Shown in pieces: positions 26,401-45,249 of a DNA stretch of 64,000 nt. A program made the translations under genes and the position numbers. Every line of letters begins with the position of its first letter. Position 1 is the first letter of the stretch. The notes under the pieces were generated by a model. The model did not search any database. It was given only the letters and a program-made list of their open reading frames with translations, and was not told the origin of the DNA. The stretch is from Chrysomallon squamiferum (Eukaryota; Animalia; Mollusca), in contig CM022665.1 in NCBI GenBank assembly GCA_012295275.1, positions 20,336,001 through 20,400,000 on the forward strand, given 5' to 3'.

Positions 26401-28159
26401 TGTGTTCAATAAACCAGTCAGTTATGGTATTTATTATTACATGATTCGTATTAAGCTTATCCCGAGCGTGTCAAGAATAAAATTATTCATTGATATCAGC
26501 AAAGTTCCAACAATGAAACCGTTCATCAAATGTTTAAAGCTTCCTAATTTGCATGTCACCGCAGGTTGCTAGTTTCCGAGAACAAAAATTTTACTCGTCA
26601 GAGACGTACAATCACAGAAAGATAGATCCATTTATACACTGTGACGGAGACAACAGTCTCTTCTTTGATATGTAATAGATGCTAGAAGCCCCATGATTTC
26701 CTTTAGAATTATATAAATCTTGGTGATGTTTTGTTTGGGGAACCCACTAGCGTCTGCATGTCTGCAAAGGTTCTAGCCAGTCTCGGTACCCTCTGGGAAA
26801 GGAATATTAAAAGACACCCACCCTATGTCATCATTCCTACAGCATAAAAGCAGAGATCACATTTTGGTTACATCAATTTTAGACCGTACACGACAGAGGT
26901 GTGGCTAATCTGGACAGTTGTATTGTTCCAGCTGATTTAGGTAACTATACATGTTTACGGTTCCGTTTAAGTAACTGAAAGATAGTTGTTGTGGCTTTCT
27001 TACAAATATATATTTAACTATATTTATATGTATGTATGTATTGAAGTATTATAACCATATGTTTGGAGGATAGTTGGTAATCTGAGATCAGACCGTTGAA
27101 AGTAAACTGCAGGTTATTATCTCTAAAAACAGTGGGTGAGAATAGCTGGGAATCTGAGTTAAACACTGACCATCAGTAATTTTAAGCACCAATAACACAA
27201 TTGTGTTATTACTAACGGATTGTCACGTCAACATCCTGCTAAGAAGCACGTTATTGTGATCTCATATACTGAGAATACTTTGCATATTCAAATACATATT
27301 GAGGTGTGTCATTTTTCCCTGAGGGATAAACTAATTATAATATCACTAATTGTTTACTTATCTGGTGAGCTATGAAAGGTGGCGGGAGACTGTGTGTAAA
27401 CGGTCGTGTAAGCATCGTAAGCTTACTCGGTAAAAAAGTTTCATTACATCACATAATACATATATTCTTCAAATCTAAACTTGTGTTGTTGTGTTTCTAG
27501 TGTATTTAGCGCTGGCTGAATATAGATACATATATGAGTTTGTTCCCTGAATACCTTAGAGCCGAGGCAAATCGGGTAGCTATCTACCTGATACAGGGAG
27601 GTCTGTATGAATAGGTGGGGCTTGTTTGGTGGATGAGCGTTACGCCCGTTGCAGGGTTCTAATTTGGTTACGTGACGATTGTGTTAATTACAGGTCGCAC
27701 ATACATACATACATACATACATACTTACATACATACATACATACATACATACTTTCATACCTACATACAAACATACACACAGATATATCGATATATTCTT
27801 CCATATAATTATGTGTGTGTCTGCGCTTGTAATGCTGTACATATTACTCCAATAAATAGTATATATGTATATATATATATATATGCTATCAGTATCATGT
27901 AAGTAGTACTCCTAAAAGTATCTTACTAGCAGAATTATATAAGTATCCCAGAAGTAGTTCTCCTAGGGATATTCTTTAATTAAGTATATAATTAGTAGCA
28001 CTGCCCCGTCTATCCTACAGTGTAATTCCTATATACATACGTGTGTGTGTCCTATAAATATCCTTTCAGATGAATCCAGTACAATATGAAATGTTAAAAG
28101 TATAATTAATAGCTTGTAAGTATACAATTCATACACATATAGGAATTTACCGAGTGGCT
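23417..28159. repeat. about 1.24-kb inverted duplication (arms 23417-24652 and 26910-28159); third, direct copy at about 32395-33860
   Basis: Continuous near-identity, e.g. agccactcggtaaattcct vs aggaatttaccgagtggct and acaactgtccag vs ctggacagttgt. Confidence 0.92.
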
Positions 28160-29176
28160 CATTCAAGTTTAAAACACTTAAATTTGTGTCAATATGTGTA
28201 AATTTATGTAAATGTTAATATGTGTAAATTTATGTAAATGAAATTTAAAAATACAGACACGTACAAATAAAAAGATATCTGAACATGGATGTGTGCTTCA
28301 AAGCTGACATATTTCAAATAAACGTCAACAGTGCATTTCTGTTTTCTATACTGAAAACATTCAGTATATATATATATATATATATAGAACCTTCGCTTTT
28401 TTCTTTACACACACAAATATGATATATATATATGTATGTATGCATTCATTTATGTATGTATGTATTATGTGTTTATTTGTAAGAAAAAAGCGAAACATTT
28501 GTAGTATGCTAACACATTTATTACATTAATTTAGATCTACATTACAATTAAATATTTATTATACTTGCCTACAATAGAAAATAACAATAATAAACAAACA
28601 AACAAAAAATGTTCACATAACACAAATCATTTCACTCCAGAGTAAAATTCATTTTTACTACGTCACGCAAAATCAATTTGCGAATATTTCGCATCACCAT
28701 ATCGTATCTGTTCGTAATGCATTGCACTGTTAAGCTGTAACATTTCACAATAAGCATACGTGGAACATGTAATCCGTATAACAGTTAGAAATACCTATCT
28801 GTTCGAAATGTGTTTGTATACACAGATAAATTTACTGATTAATACCAGTCGGTGCCAACCCATACTCGATTTTACTAAGCATCAGATCTCTCGTCATACG
28901 TTATCAGTCTGTTACTCTTTCAGAAACCATATCCATGTTTTACTATATATGTACATTGTAGAATATTCTTCGTAAGTACCTAAATGAATAAACTAACAAA
29001 TTAATAAATAAATAAATGAACAAATACATACATACATTCACTCCAGACATATTTAAATAATAAAATGAAGAAAACGAATTTATCAAGCTCGTCTCAACAT
29101 GTTACATTCTCCTCATTCATAGTGTAAATAAAGTTATGTCATCTGTCCAAACGTAGAGAAAAACAGATTCGTATTT

Positions 29177-32006
<2,830 letters not shown>

Positions 32007-32773
32007 TTCAAGTAATGATATAAACTTTTATCACTCAGTTTTCTACTGTTTAAATGTCTGCTCGATATTATTATTATTATTATTGTTGTTGTTGTTGTTG
32101 TTGTTGTTATTATAATTGCTAAATTTTGTTTTTTAAATATTGAGAACTGGTCGTTTTGTTCCTCACTCAAAATTAAAAATAGATTTATAAAACAATATAC
32201 AAATACAAAATACTTTGGTAATAAAACAATCATAAAAACGAATTTTCTTAAACATCCTAAAGACATAAAGCACGCAGACATAAACACTCGCACGTACGCA
32301 GACAGACAGACAGACAGACACACACACACACACACACATTTATTCAAGGGACAGAATAAAAAACATTTGAATATTGACATAGTTATGCCATAGTATTTTA
32401 ATAAATGAATACAAACATTATGTCAGTTTTACCTGACTGTAAAGTTAGAATGGGAAATTCAGGTGTGGTATAAATCATTAGTGTCATCATTCCTCTACGC
32501 CACAGCCACTCGGTAAATTCCTATATGTGTATGAATTGTATACTTACAAGCTATTAATTATACTTTTAACATTTCATATTGTACTGGATTCATCTGAAAG
32601 GATATTTATAGGACACACACACGTATATATATAGGAATTACACTGTAGGATAGACGGGGCAGTCCTATTAATTATATACTTAATTAAAGAATATCTCTAG
32701 GAGAACTACTTCTGGGATACTTATATAATTCTGCTAGTAGGATACTTTTAGGAGTACTACTTACATGATACTG

Positions 32774-32808
<35 letters not shown>

Positions 32809-34718
32809 TATTTATAGGAGTAATCTGTACAGCATTACAAGCGCAGATACACACATAATTATATGGAAGAATATATCGATATATCTGTGTGTATGTTTGT
32901 ATGTAGGTATGTATCTATGTATGTATGTATGTATGTATGTATGTATGTATGTATGTATGTAGGTAGGTAGGTAGGTAGGTATGAAAGTATGTATGTATGT
33001 ACGTATGTATGTATGTATGTATGTATAGGTAGGTAGGTAGGTATGTATGTATGTACGTATGTATGTATGTATGTATGTATGTAGGTATGTATGTAGGTAT
33101 GTATGTATGTATGTGCGACCTGTAATTAACACAATCGTCACGTAACCAAATTAGAACCCTGCAACGGGCGTAACGCTCATCCACCAAACAAGCCCCACCT
33201 ATTCATACAGACCTCCCTGTATCAGGTAGATAGCTACCCGATTTGCCTCGGCTCTAAGGTATTCAGGGAACAAGCTCATATATGAACGTATATTTAGCCA
33301 GCGCTAAATACACTAGAAACACAACAACACAAGTTTAGATTTGAAGAATATATGTATTATGTGATGTAATGAAACTTTTTTACCGAGTAAGCTTACGATG
33401 CTTACACGACCGTTTACACACAGTCTCCCGCCACCTTTCATAGCTCACCAGATAAGTAAACAATTAGTGATATTATATTAGTTTATCCCTCAGGGAAAAA
33501 TGACACACCTCAATATGTATTTGAATATGCAAAGTATTCTCAATATATGAGATCAAAATAACGTGCTGCTTAGCAGGATGTTGACGTGACAATCCGTTAG
33601 TAATAACACAACTGTGTTATTGGTGCTTACAATTACTGATGGTCAGTGTTTAACTCAGATTCCCAGCTATTGTCACCCACTGTTTTTAGAGATAATAACC
33701 TGCAGTTTACTTTCAACGGTCTGATCTCAGATTACCAACTATCCTCCAAACATATGGTTATAATACTTCAATACATACATACATATAAATATAGTTAAAT
33801 ATATATTTGTAAGAAAGCCACAGCAACTAACTTTCAGTTAATTAAACAGAACCGTAAACAGTAGAATGCACACACATACTGACTAAAGAAACACACAATA
33901 CAAACACAACATACACACAAACTTTTTCATGTATATGAATGCTGCACACACACACACACAAACGCACACACATTCGCTCAAGGAAAATTATTGTGAAACG
34001 TCTGAGTCCTGACAGAGTTATAAGTCATAACTTTGATAACTTAATATAAACATTATGTCAGTATGTACCTGTCGGTATAAAAACCATTATCAAGTTAGAG
34101 GTATGTTACAAATAATTAGTGTAGTCATTCCTTTACATCACAATTTAAACACTTACACGAGATAAATTACACAAGATAAATTACACAACCTAAATTACAC
34201 AAGATAAATTATATATCCACATTGTTAGCACTGAATTATTGCATGTCTGTATATAAGAAATACAAGAAATCGTGTGACTATTATACATATATATATATAT
34301 AAAATGTATCCATATATGTATGTGTTCACCTATGTGTGTTTCTCGGTCTTTATACAGTTCTGTATCTGCATCTGACCTGTTTGTTTTGTTGCTGTGACAA
34401 AGATATCCGCTGTTTCATATTCACGTTGTCTTTCCTTTAACCCTGTTGACTTCTAAACGCTTATTTGTTAGTCGCCCAAAGAAATATGTCTGCAGTCGTA
34501 GTAACTAGGTGTTCACCAAGCATTATTTTTGACTCGCGAAGTTTAAACAACACCTAACAAAATGATTACCTTTCTCAAAAATTAAGTAACGTTTTTCCAG
34601 TATAGCGATAAACTTCTGATATAAAAATTTAAACACTTACACAAGATAAATTACACATCCACATTGTTAGCACTGAACAATTACATGTCTGAATGAGAAA
34701 ATACAAGAAATCACGTGA

Positions 34719-34762
<44 letters not shown>

Positions 34763-35251
34763 CATATATATATATATATATATAATGTATGCATGTATGT
34801 ATGAGTGTACATTTTTTTCTCAGTGTTTTGTAAAGAATCTACATTAGGTATCTAGCTTAAACATAAAACTCATAAAAAATACTGTTCACTTTACCATTCA
34901 CCCTGCAAACGTTTTCATTTGTCAGTTCTGTATCTACACCTGACCTGCTTTTTGTTCACCAAGCTACTATATGTCATATACACGTATATAATTAATGTCT
35001 CTGTATGTGATGTATGTCTAGTGAATTTTATCTCTCTGTTTGTATTTCTGTGTTGGATTGAGTTAATTTAAACATTTTTCTTGTTAACATGTATCAACGT
35101 ATGTGTGTGTTTTCTAAGTGTATTTATGTTTGTTTATTAACGTCTCTTTGTGTTTTTAGTTTTAGTTATATATATATGTGTGTGTGTGTGTCTGTTTGTG
35201 TGTTATGGGTGTTTGTAAATATATATATATAAACACCCACACACATACATA

Positions 35252-36635
<1,384 letters not shown>

Positions 36636-37596
36636 TTCAAGTAATGATATAAACTTTTATCACTCAGTTACCTAATTTTTAAATGTCTGCTGAAATTATT
36701 ATTATTATTATTATTGTTGTTGTTGTTGTTGTTGTTGTTATTGTTATTGTTGTTTTTTTTTTTTTTTTTTTTTAAATATTGAGAACTTGTCGTTTTGTTC
36801 CTCACTCAAAATTAAAAATAGGTTTATAAAACAATATGCAAATACAAAATACTTTCTTAAACATCCTTAAGACATAAAGCACGCAGACATAAACACTCGC
36901 AGTTTGACGTGGATTGTTAATTGATTTTTTTACTTTCTGTTACAGTCATTGATTCAAATGTCACACGCAGGGACCACGAACTCTGATTCATTTACACATG
37001 CCAAGGAGAAGTCGTGCTGTGATTGATGCTGCTGGTGGTCACATAAGGTATTGATGCTGTTTGGTGACGAAAACGTCTCCACTTCTAAGAACATTGTCTC
37101 ATACCCATGGCCAGTTTTACTGTGATACGATCGTAAATAACGAAATTATGCCACTTTTTATCAAAGAGACGATTCCATGAATATTTAGTCTCTGCATTTT
37201 CTTTCCGACAGTGCTTGAATAAATATGTATATGTTTATATGTGTGTGTGTGTGTGTGTGTGTGTTATTTCTTTTACTCACTCAAATTTTTTTGTTTTTTT
37301 TTTGTGGGTTTTGTTTTTGGGTGGGTTTTTTTTTTGTTGTTCTGTTTTAATAAACTGATATGTTTTACAACAGACCATCATAAGATTTTATTTAGTTGTG
37401 TAACACCATTTATCCTGTCTTTCATTCAGAATTGGTAATTAGCGAACAACTAAATTTAGTTTACATCTTTATACATCGCAAACCTCGGTCGTACATCTTA
37501 GTATTTTATTCTTAGAATAAAGAAATATCATCAGTATATTACCATTTTAAAACTTCTACACACTGTCATCAAACGTGTTGAAACGTGTAAATAAAA

Positions 37597-37763
37597 TTTA
37601 AAAATACAGACACGTACAAATAAAAAGGTGTCTGAACATGGACGTGTGCTTCAAAGCTGACATATTTCTAATACATGACAATAGTGCATTTCTGTTTTCT
37701 ATACTGAAAACATTCAATATATATATATAGAACCTTCGCTTTTTTTCTTTACACACACAAATA

Positions 37764-37815
<52 letters not shown>

Positions 37816-38566
37816 GTATGTACGTATGCATTCATTTATGTATGTATGTATTATGTGCGTGTGTATTTGTAAGAAAAAAGTGAAACATTTGTAATATGCT
37901 AACACATTTATTACATTAATTTAGATCTACATTACAATTAAATATTTATTATACTTGCCTACAATAGAAAATAACAATAATAAACAAACAAACAAAAAAT
38001 GTTCACATAACACAAATCATTTCACTCCAGAGTAAAATTCATTTTTACTATGTCACGCAAAATCAATTTGCGAATATTTCGCATCACCATATCGTATCTG
38101 TTCGTAATGCATTGCACTGTTAAGCTGTAACATTTCACAATAAGCATACGTGGAACATGTAATCCGTACAACAGTTAGAAATACCTATCTGTTCGAAATG
38201 TGTTTGTATACACAGATAAATTTACTGATTAATACCAGTCGGTGCCAACCCATACTCGATTTTACTAAGCATCAGATCTCTCGTCATACGTTATCAGTCT
38301 ATTACTCTTTCAGAAACCATATCCATGTTTTACTATATATGTACATTGTAGAATATTCTTCGTAAGTACCTAAATGAATAAACTAACAAATTAATAAATA
38401 AATAAATGAACAAATACATACATACATTCACTCCAGAGATATTTAAATAATAAAATGAAGAAAACGAATTTATCAAGCTCATCTCAACATGTTACATTCT
38501 CCTCATTCATAGTGTAAATAAAGTTATGTCATCTGTCCAAACGTAGAGAAAAACAGATTCGTATTT
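37597..38566. repeat. direct duplicate of the copy B downstream flank (about 28240-29176)
   Basis: Near-identical sequence; shared incidental ORFs 28760..28975 and 38150..38365. Confidence 0.92.
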
Positions 38567-40232
38567 TCAGTTTTTCTTAGTCTTAGCTACCTTCAATTAA
38601 GTCACATCCATTACTGGACCTATTGGTGGAAGCTCTCCTTTGTAAGACTTAAGTAATGTAGAGGCCAGAGACAACGCCTTGGAGCTGTCGTTGGTCAGTA
38701 AGACATTGCGAACACTTCGTGTCCACGTGTTGTGAAAAGAAGAAAGTTTCTTGTTCTCGTTGTCAATCAACACGTGTGGTATGTTGAGCAGAGTGCTTAA
38801 GATATGTCCGTGAAGACGATCAGTGATGACCAGGCGTCCTCGCTGCAGAAACACAAACCCGTTGTTCGCCATTAGAAAAGCATTTTCCATCGTTGATGTA
38901 CCAGTCGGCTACGTGAACCGATATATGTTTTGGTATCTTCTTTTTCTGAACCGAATAACCAGGACTCTCACCATCAGACCTTTTTAGCCATAACATGTCA
39001 AAAACAGGTGACATGAATCGACGAACTTCACCAATCTGATAAGCCATGTCCGGGGCTAATATAAATTTGGTTTGGTACACGTTGTGAAGAAAAATAACTA
39101 ATTTGAAACCGTCGAACCTTGGCATAATATCTCTCCTGAGTTTATCACTGAAAGGGTTCCCAACAAAATTCCCTCCTCCCTGAAACAATATGACAAGTTC
39201 ATCCTTGGAATATTTCTTACTTAAGTTTTCAGCATATTCTTGTGACTGATTTTTTACACAATCATAGCACAAACAGTAAAATGCAATTTTAATTCCCAGA
39301 CGTCTTAGAAAGTAAACTTCACCAACTATAATGGCAGAATCACCTTTGTTTTCAGAAGCTGAAACATCAAAGAGAAATGCATATTTAAATTTGCCTAGAA
39401 GATCCTGAAATAACTCAATCTGGATTCTTTGAGTTTCATGTATAACTTCTGTAGACGTAGACAAAAGAGGCGATAAGAAATTTGTATTGTGTACATGATC
39501 ACTAAGATTCCAGCTGAGAAATGTTTCGATTTCTTTCTTGTCTTCATCCAAATTATTTGCATTCAGATCTGGATAGAACTGTTTTTTGTTCATTGGTTGA
39601 AATATTTCAAAAGCAAAAGATCATTCCTGTAATTGATTCGTTGATAGAAGATACTTTAATGTTATTCCGCTGATTCCAGTAGAAAGTAGTACTGAAAACG
39701 CTAAGAGCTGGTTTCGTAGGAAGAAATCCTTTTAGTTCGATAATATACATCACTAGGACTAACGTAGCCACACCAGCTACGACACAGCAGATGTACACTA
39801 CAGGACGCAGTAGTAGTTCCTTAGACTGTCGATGTCCTATTTTCATAGCAACGTTTCTTGTGGCTATCATAATGTTAGAAGTGAATGCCATCACTGCACC
39901 TATGGACATCGACGACGTCACAAACGGGTTACCAGTGAAGCCTATGGCACCGAATACAATCAGTGGCAGACTGACTATTGTTGATGTGGATGTTGATGTC
40001 GTTAGGAAAATACGATACAGAAGAGCAGTGATGATGGGTTCTATCAATTTGATTGCAAAGGTAGAAGATGCATGCATAAAAGTCATGCTGAAGTTTGTAG
40101 CGAAAGTGCCTGCGATGTGTGAAAGAATCATGACGTAGAACACGTCGTCCTGTCGTTGCTTAACATCCACAAGAGAATAACAAGTCACAGTTTGAAAGAA
40201 TGTTAGAATGATGGACAAATAAAGTCCTTGAC

Positions 40233-40237
<5 letters not shown>
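38567..40237 (-). pseudogene. copy D: 5'-truncated fusion gene with multiple internal deletions, frameshifts and a late stop
   Basis: Starts at QGQGLYL next to a (GA)n tract; deletions at about 39715, 39646, 39088, 39076 and 38900; TAA at 38599-38597. Confidence 0.9.
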
Positions 40238-40303
<66 letters not shown>

Positions 40304-41619
40304 ACAAACACACGTTTAAAGAATGCAATGTATTTTCTCTGTCTGAATGTATTTTCTCTGTCTGAACATTTATATAGAGATACACACACACACATATACA
40401 CACAGATACGTACTAATATGACTTCAGTTGTCCAAAACTGTAGATACTCAGTTGCTGTGTCTTTTTGTGTTTGCATTTTATTTTAGGATGCTATTGAAAA
40501 ATCAAAAACAAAGCGAAACCGGGAAATAGGTATAAAATGACCACGTCTTATGTATACATATAATTTAATAAAAGTAAAAAAACATAAAAATGAAAAATAA
40601 AAACAGTAAAAAAAAAAAAAAAAAAAAAAAAAATGTAAAAGGTCCATTAAGTACTGATTACTTAAATGGAACATTTAGACCCTATTTGCTTTCTCATTCT
40701 GCCGTGTGTTTGACAAATAATCCCCGTATTAATTGTTTAATAATCATCTGAAGTGAAGCGGTCAATTGCCCAGTCCACGAAAGAATGGAGCAGGAACTCC
40801 ATATGGACGTCTGCAGGACATCAAAATTACGGTGGGACGGAGAATAGTGATGCTTTTCTTGTTGGGACAGTTTTGGAGCCGAGCAAATGTGTCACTACAT
40901 CGCTGGTGTCCTTTCATGGCAGGAACAAAAATTACAGAATGATGTTGAATTACGGTGCATTTCTGACCACTTTGAAACGTAATGTGCTTGTCAATGTTTT
41001 TAATACCTTCAACATTTTCTTTTGTTTATTCATCTGTCACTGAGTGTCTTTTGCTCAGCATAGAATACATTTACATTTGAAAATAATAAAAATAAAATAA
41101 TAATAATATTAAACAAATAAATAAATAAAAAGTAGCGTTAGCTTTGCTGCTTAATCCTAAAATGTAGTTAAAGGAATTAAACAAAAAGCCAAATTTTTAA
41201 GGCTTATTAAATATTCTCAGAATCTACGCAATTTTTTTTTTTTTTTTTTTTCACAACAGACGATTTCTTATGTACCAAAAAGGAACGATATACCAGTTTG
41301 GCCAGTATACTACTGACAATAATGATAAGAAAAGCAACATATCAAAACTGGTTTGCTTGATCTATCGAATAAATTACTTGTTTTGTTCGAGAGTAATTTC
41401 AAGACAGCTTTCATTATTTTTAACCGAAGCACACATTCTAGAAGATCCACTAATAAAACAATTTGCAATACACTGATTTCAACGAGTTAATACATATTTT
41501 ATATGTACTTAAAACATTAAAAAGAAAAAAAAAAGTTATTAGGCATTACGTTTTATACATATTTATTAATATTAATTTTATTTTTAAATAAATAAATAAA
41601 AGTGAAGTAATATTTACTG

Positions 41620-41659
<40 letters not shown>

Positions 41660-42164
41660 ATAATAATGACGAATAAAATGTTCACATTTTTATCCAAAAT
41701 TTATTTATGGTTTATTTGATTTCCATATATAAAAATGTGTTACTATTAAAAAAAATTTTTTAAAATTAAAAAAATTAATTTAAAAATATAAGATAAATCG
41801 TCAAAGGAAGTGAAAATATATATATTCTGATTCAGTTTCCATATAACATGCAATGTGATTGGTTAATCAATTCAAATTATGATTGTGAAAACCAACCTTG
41901 CGTTTTCAGACGTGAGCGTCCGAGAAATGTTCTGTTCTTATCCGAGAAAACTTTGAGCGGCGTCTTCCACAGAAGTGAGTTCAAGTCCGAAGACAAAAGT
42001 TTCTTCATTTCTAAAGTTCGACAAAATATCCAATCAGTGAGTATTCATTTAGTTAAATCAAGAAATTTTTCACTTCATTAACAATTTATCCGAGGAAGTC
42101 AGGGTGTAAAATTCATTTTCCATTTGTTAATCCTTTTGTGTTTTGTTTTTTTGTTTTTTCTTAA

Positions 42165-42206
<42 letters not shown>

Positions 42207-44126
42207 ATTATTATTATTATTATTTCCGTCTCTTTCAAAGAATAAATAGAATTAAATAAAGTGAATCGAATTTAACAATAAAGTGTTTCTGCTCTATCAT
42301 GTAGGCACGTTCGTTACGTCAGATACTGACGTAACGAAAATGTGGCAATTGTGACCATTTCTTAAGATAATAGGAATGATGGTGGGGGGCGCCTTTCTAT
42401 CAGAATATTCTAGATCTCTTGCTGTTATTTACTGGACGTAATTACAAACTGACTTTATAAAGATCAAATAAATATAAAATTTGTGAATTTCAAATATGGA
42501 GCCACAAAATACAGTATCGACCAAACGTTAAGTAGATGTGACGTTTTGTAGCAGACGTCAAAATGGGCCCAGCACATATCTTTTTTTGCCTGGTCATCTA
42601 AGTTTTCTTTTTCTGAAATGAACTGAATAAAAGTGTAAAATGTAATTATACGCCCTAAAAACGATCAGCTAAAAAGAGCAAATGCCATTTATTTTATAAA
42701 CACAGGATTTATCAGTGAGACAGGAGCTAGGTAACATAATGATTTATTTATGTTTTGTTTATGCAACTTTTTACATTCAAAAATATATAACCACCGGCAT
42801 AAATAAAAGGAAATAATAGAAATATAACATAAAATATCATATTGAAATATCAGTGAAATTTTAGCATTGTTACGGTTCATTTTATTAAATCTGTAGCAAC
42901 TTTCTCAAGAAAGTATTAATAACTTTTCTCACGGGGTACCGAATGACAGCCAGTCAGACTGTATATGACTGTAGAAGCGGGTTGCCTAATTCTCGTTTCT
43001 GGTTCATCATTATTTTTTAATATTTTCAACAACAAAAAATGTATATTGACGTAGCATACTTATTCAGCTTCATCTGTGTATTGGTTTCTTGACAAGTGAT
43101 CTTGATTAAAAAAAAAAAAAAAAAAAAGATTAAAACAAAGAATTAAAAAAAAAATTAAAAAAAGAGGAGAATCAACAGACAAATTTACCGTTTAGAAATG
43201 ATCGTCGTTTGACCAAACTAAACTTATTCGGGACTTTACAAATTACAAATTATTCATTTTTCTCATAGCCTTGTCAAATGTCTTTCAAATATTTGGGGTA
43301 GCCATGTACTTAATTTTGGGTACGAAAATATGTTGTGTTCCCAGCGAGAGATGCGGTCTTAGTGATTACCATCACAGGCGATATTTGGAAAGTTCGATGT
43401 TTCCTTTATTTTGTTTCATTTAGTAATAAATATTTCAGTTTTAGATATGTTCTTTCTGACAAACGTGTTGATTATGAAGACAATTCTTAGCAAATTGTAT
43501 TTTTAGGAATTTTTTTTTTATCTTATATAATGAAGTCATAAGGCAAATTAACGCTAATTAATTGATATATATACATATAAAGTGAATGTTAGCAAAATAC
43601 TTGAAAATGTAAAGGCCTCTACAATTCATCATCTTGAAAAATGATTTTTTTTATATAATAGTTTAATTTCCACGGAGTTTCTGAGAATTTCATAATTAAG
43701 GCGTAAGGTACATTTGAGCTAATTAGTGTAGATAATTAATTAATTAAAATTCATGAGTGTTAGCAACGTTCTTAAAAGTACTGTATAGCAACAGAACTCA
43801 TCAAAATTTTAATTCTGATATTTAATACATGCATATGAGATATTCAGTGTTTATGTTGCCAAATGACTGAAATGAATTACAGTTTCTCCACAGATTCTGA
43901 AGGAAAAATACCGGCACATTTATAATATCAAATACTAACATTTTAGATGTTACTGTCACAAAACAGGCGTGTCGTTTCATGCTGGTAGTAACGTAAAACT
44001 GAATCGGCGTAAGATGAACCCATTATATAATGTTAACACAGGGATTCATTCTCCACATCCAAATTTATATATATAATTAAATCATGTTGATACACTATTT
44101 TATTTTATTTTTTTTTTTATTATTAT

Positions 44127-44170
<44 letters not shown>

Positions 44171-44319
44171 TCTAAATTAATATCAGATACAAATTTTTAT
44201 ATTAAATAATATTAAATGACAATAAGTGAATCATTGCACGAATACAGTACAAAGTGTGTGCAGCACCATACAGTCGGTGTTACTTCACAGTAACGCGGGA
44301 TGCGACTTCACTAAGAATG

Positions 44320-44450
44320 TCACTTCGTTTCCGGTTATTGCCAGTTTTGCTACACTCTTCAGTTTCACAATTAGCACGTGCAAGGACGTTTTCACTAAGA
44401 TAAAATTAGAATGGTCGAGGGGGCGGAGTCTTAGCGCTGCAGTTACAGTT
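44320..44450. promoter_or_regulatory. candidate promoter-like element between the divergent gene blocks
   Basis: CpG-containing patch with TTCCGG (ETS-like), GCACGTGC (E-box) and GGGGCGGAG (Sp/KLF box) in otherwise very AT-rich DNA. Confidence 0.3.
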
Positions 44451-44900
44451 GACTATTTTCACGGTTTATTGCTTCGGTTTGTTTTTTTGGTTTTTTTTTT
44501 TTTTTAGTTTTTTTTTTTTTTTTTTTTTTTGTTTGGTTTTTATTTTTGGTTTTTTTCTCTTTGGTTTTTTTTATAATAAATTTTTATTTCTTTCTGGTTT
44601 TTTATCTAATTTCAAAACCGACCTAAGTAAACAGAACCGTCGTAAAGGTTAGTGGAAATAACTGTAATAAACTTAGTGTCGAAAGTGGTCTAAGTATCAG
44701 TAAAGTAAATATAGTTGTTGTTACTAAGACAATGTTTTTTTTTTTTTTTTTTTTATTAGATAATAACAAACACCGAAATATAAATGATATAACAACAAAG
44801 ACAATTTATTACAATATACATTTTTTAATTATTATTATTAGTTGTTTGTTGTTGTTGTTGTTTTAAACTGGAATCAATGACGTCATCAGCTAGGACTACG

Positions 44901-44945
<45 letters not shown>

Positions 44946-45165
44946 GTTTTTTGTTATGGTGTGGTTGTTGTTTTAAATATAAAGTGAGGTAACTGAAAAT
45001 ATCCCAGCTTGATTGTTAGTACACACTTAACAGAGAGTACAGTGCGAGGTATTTTCGAGGTTAACTCTTCGTCAAAATTGTATAAAATAAAATTTTAAAA
45101 ATCTCTCACGCTTTTCACGGAATTATTTTTTACATACGTAAGTATTTTCAATCCATTCAACATAA

Positions 45166-45249
<84 letters not shown>

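Noticed and set aside
28760-28975. Repeated 71-aa ORF (also 38150..38365)
   Set aside because: GTG-start incidental ORF in a recently duplicated flank, antisense to the 3' region of the fusion gene.
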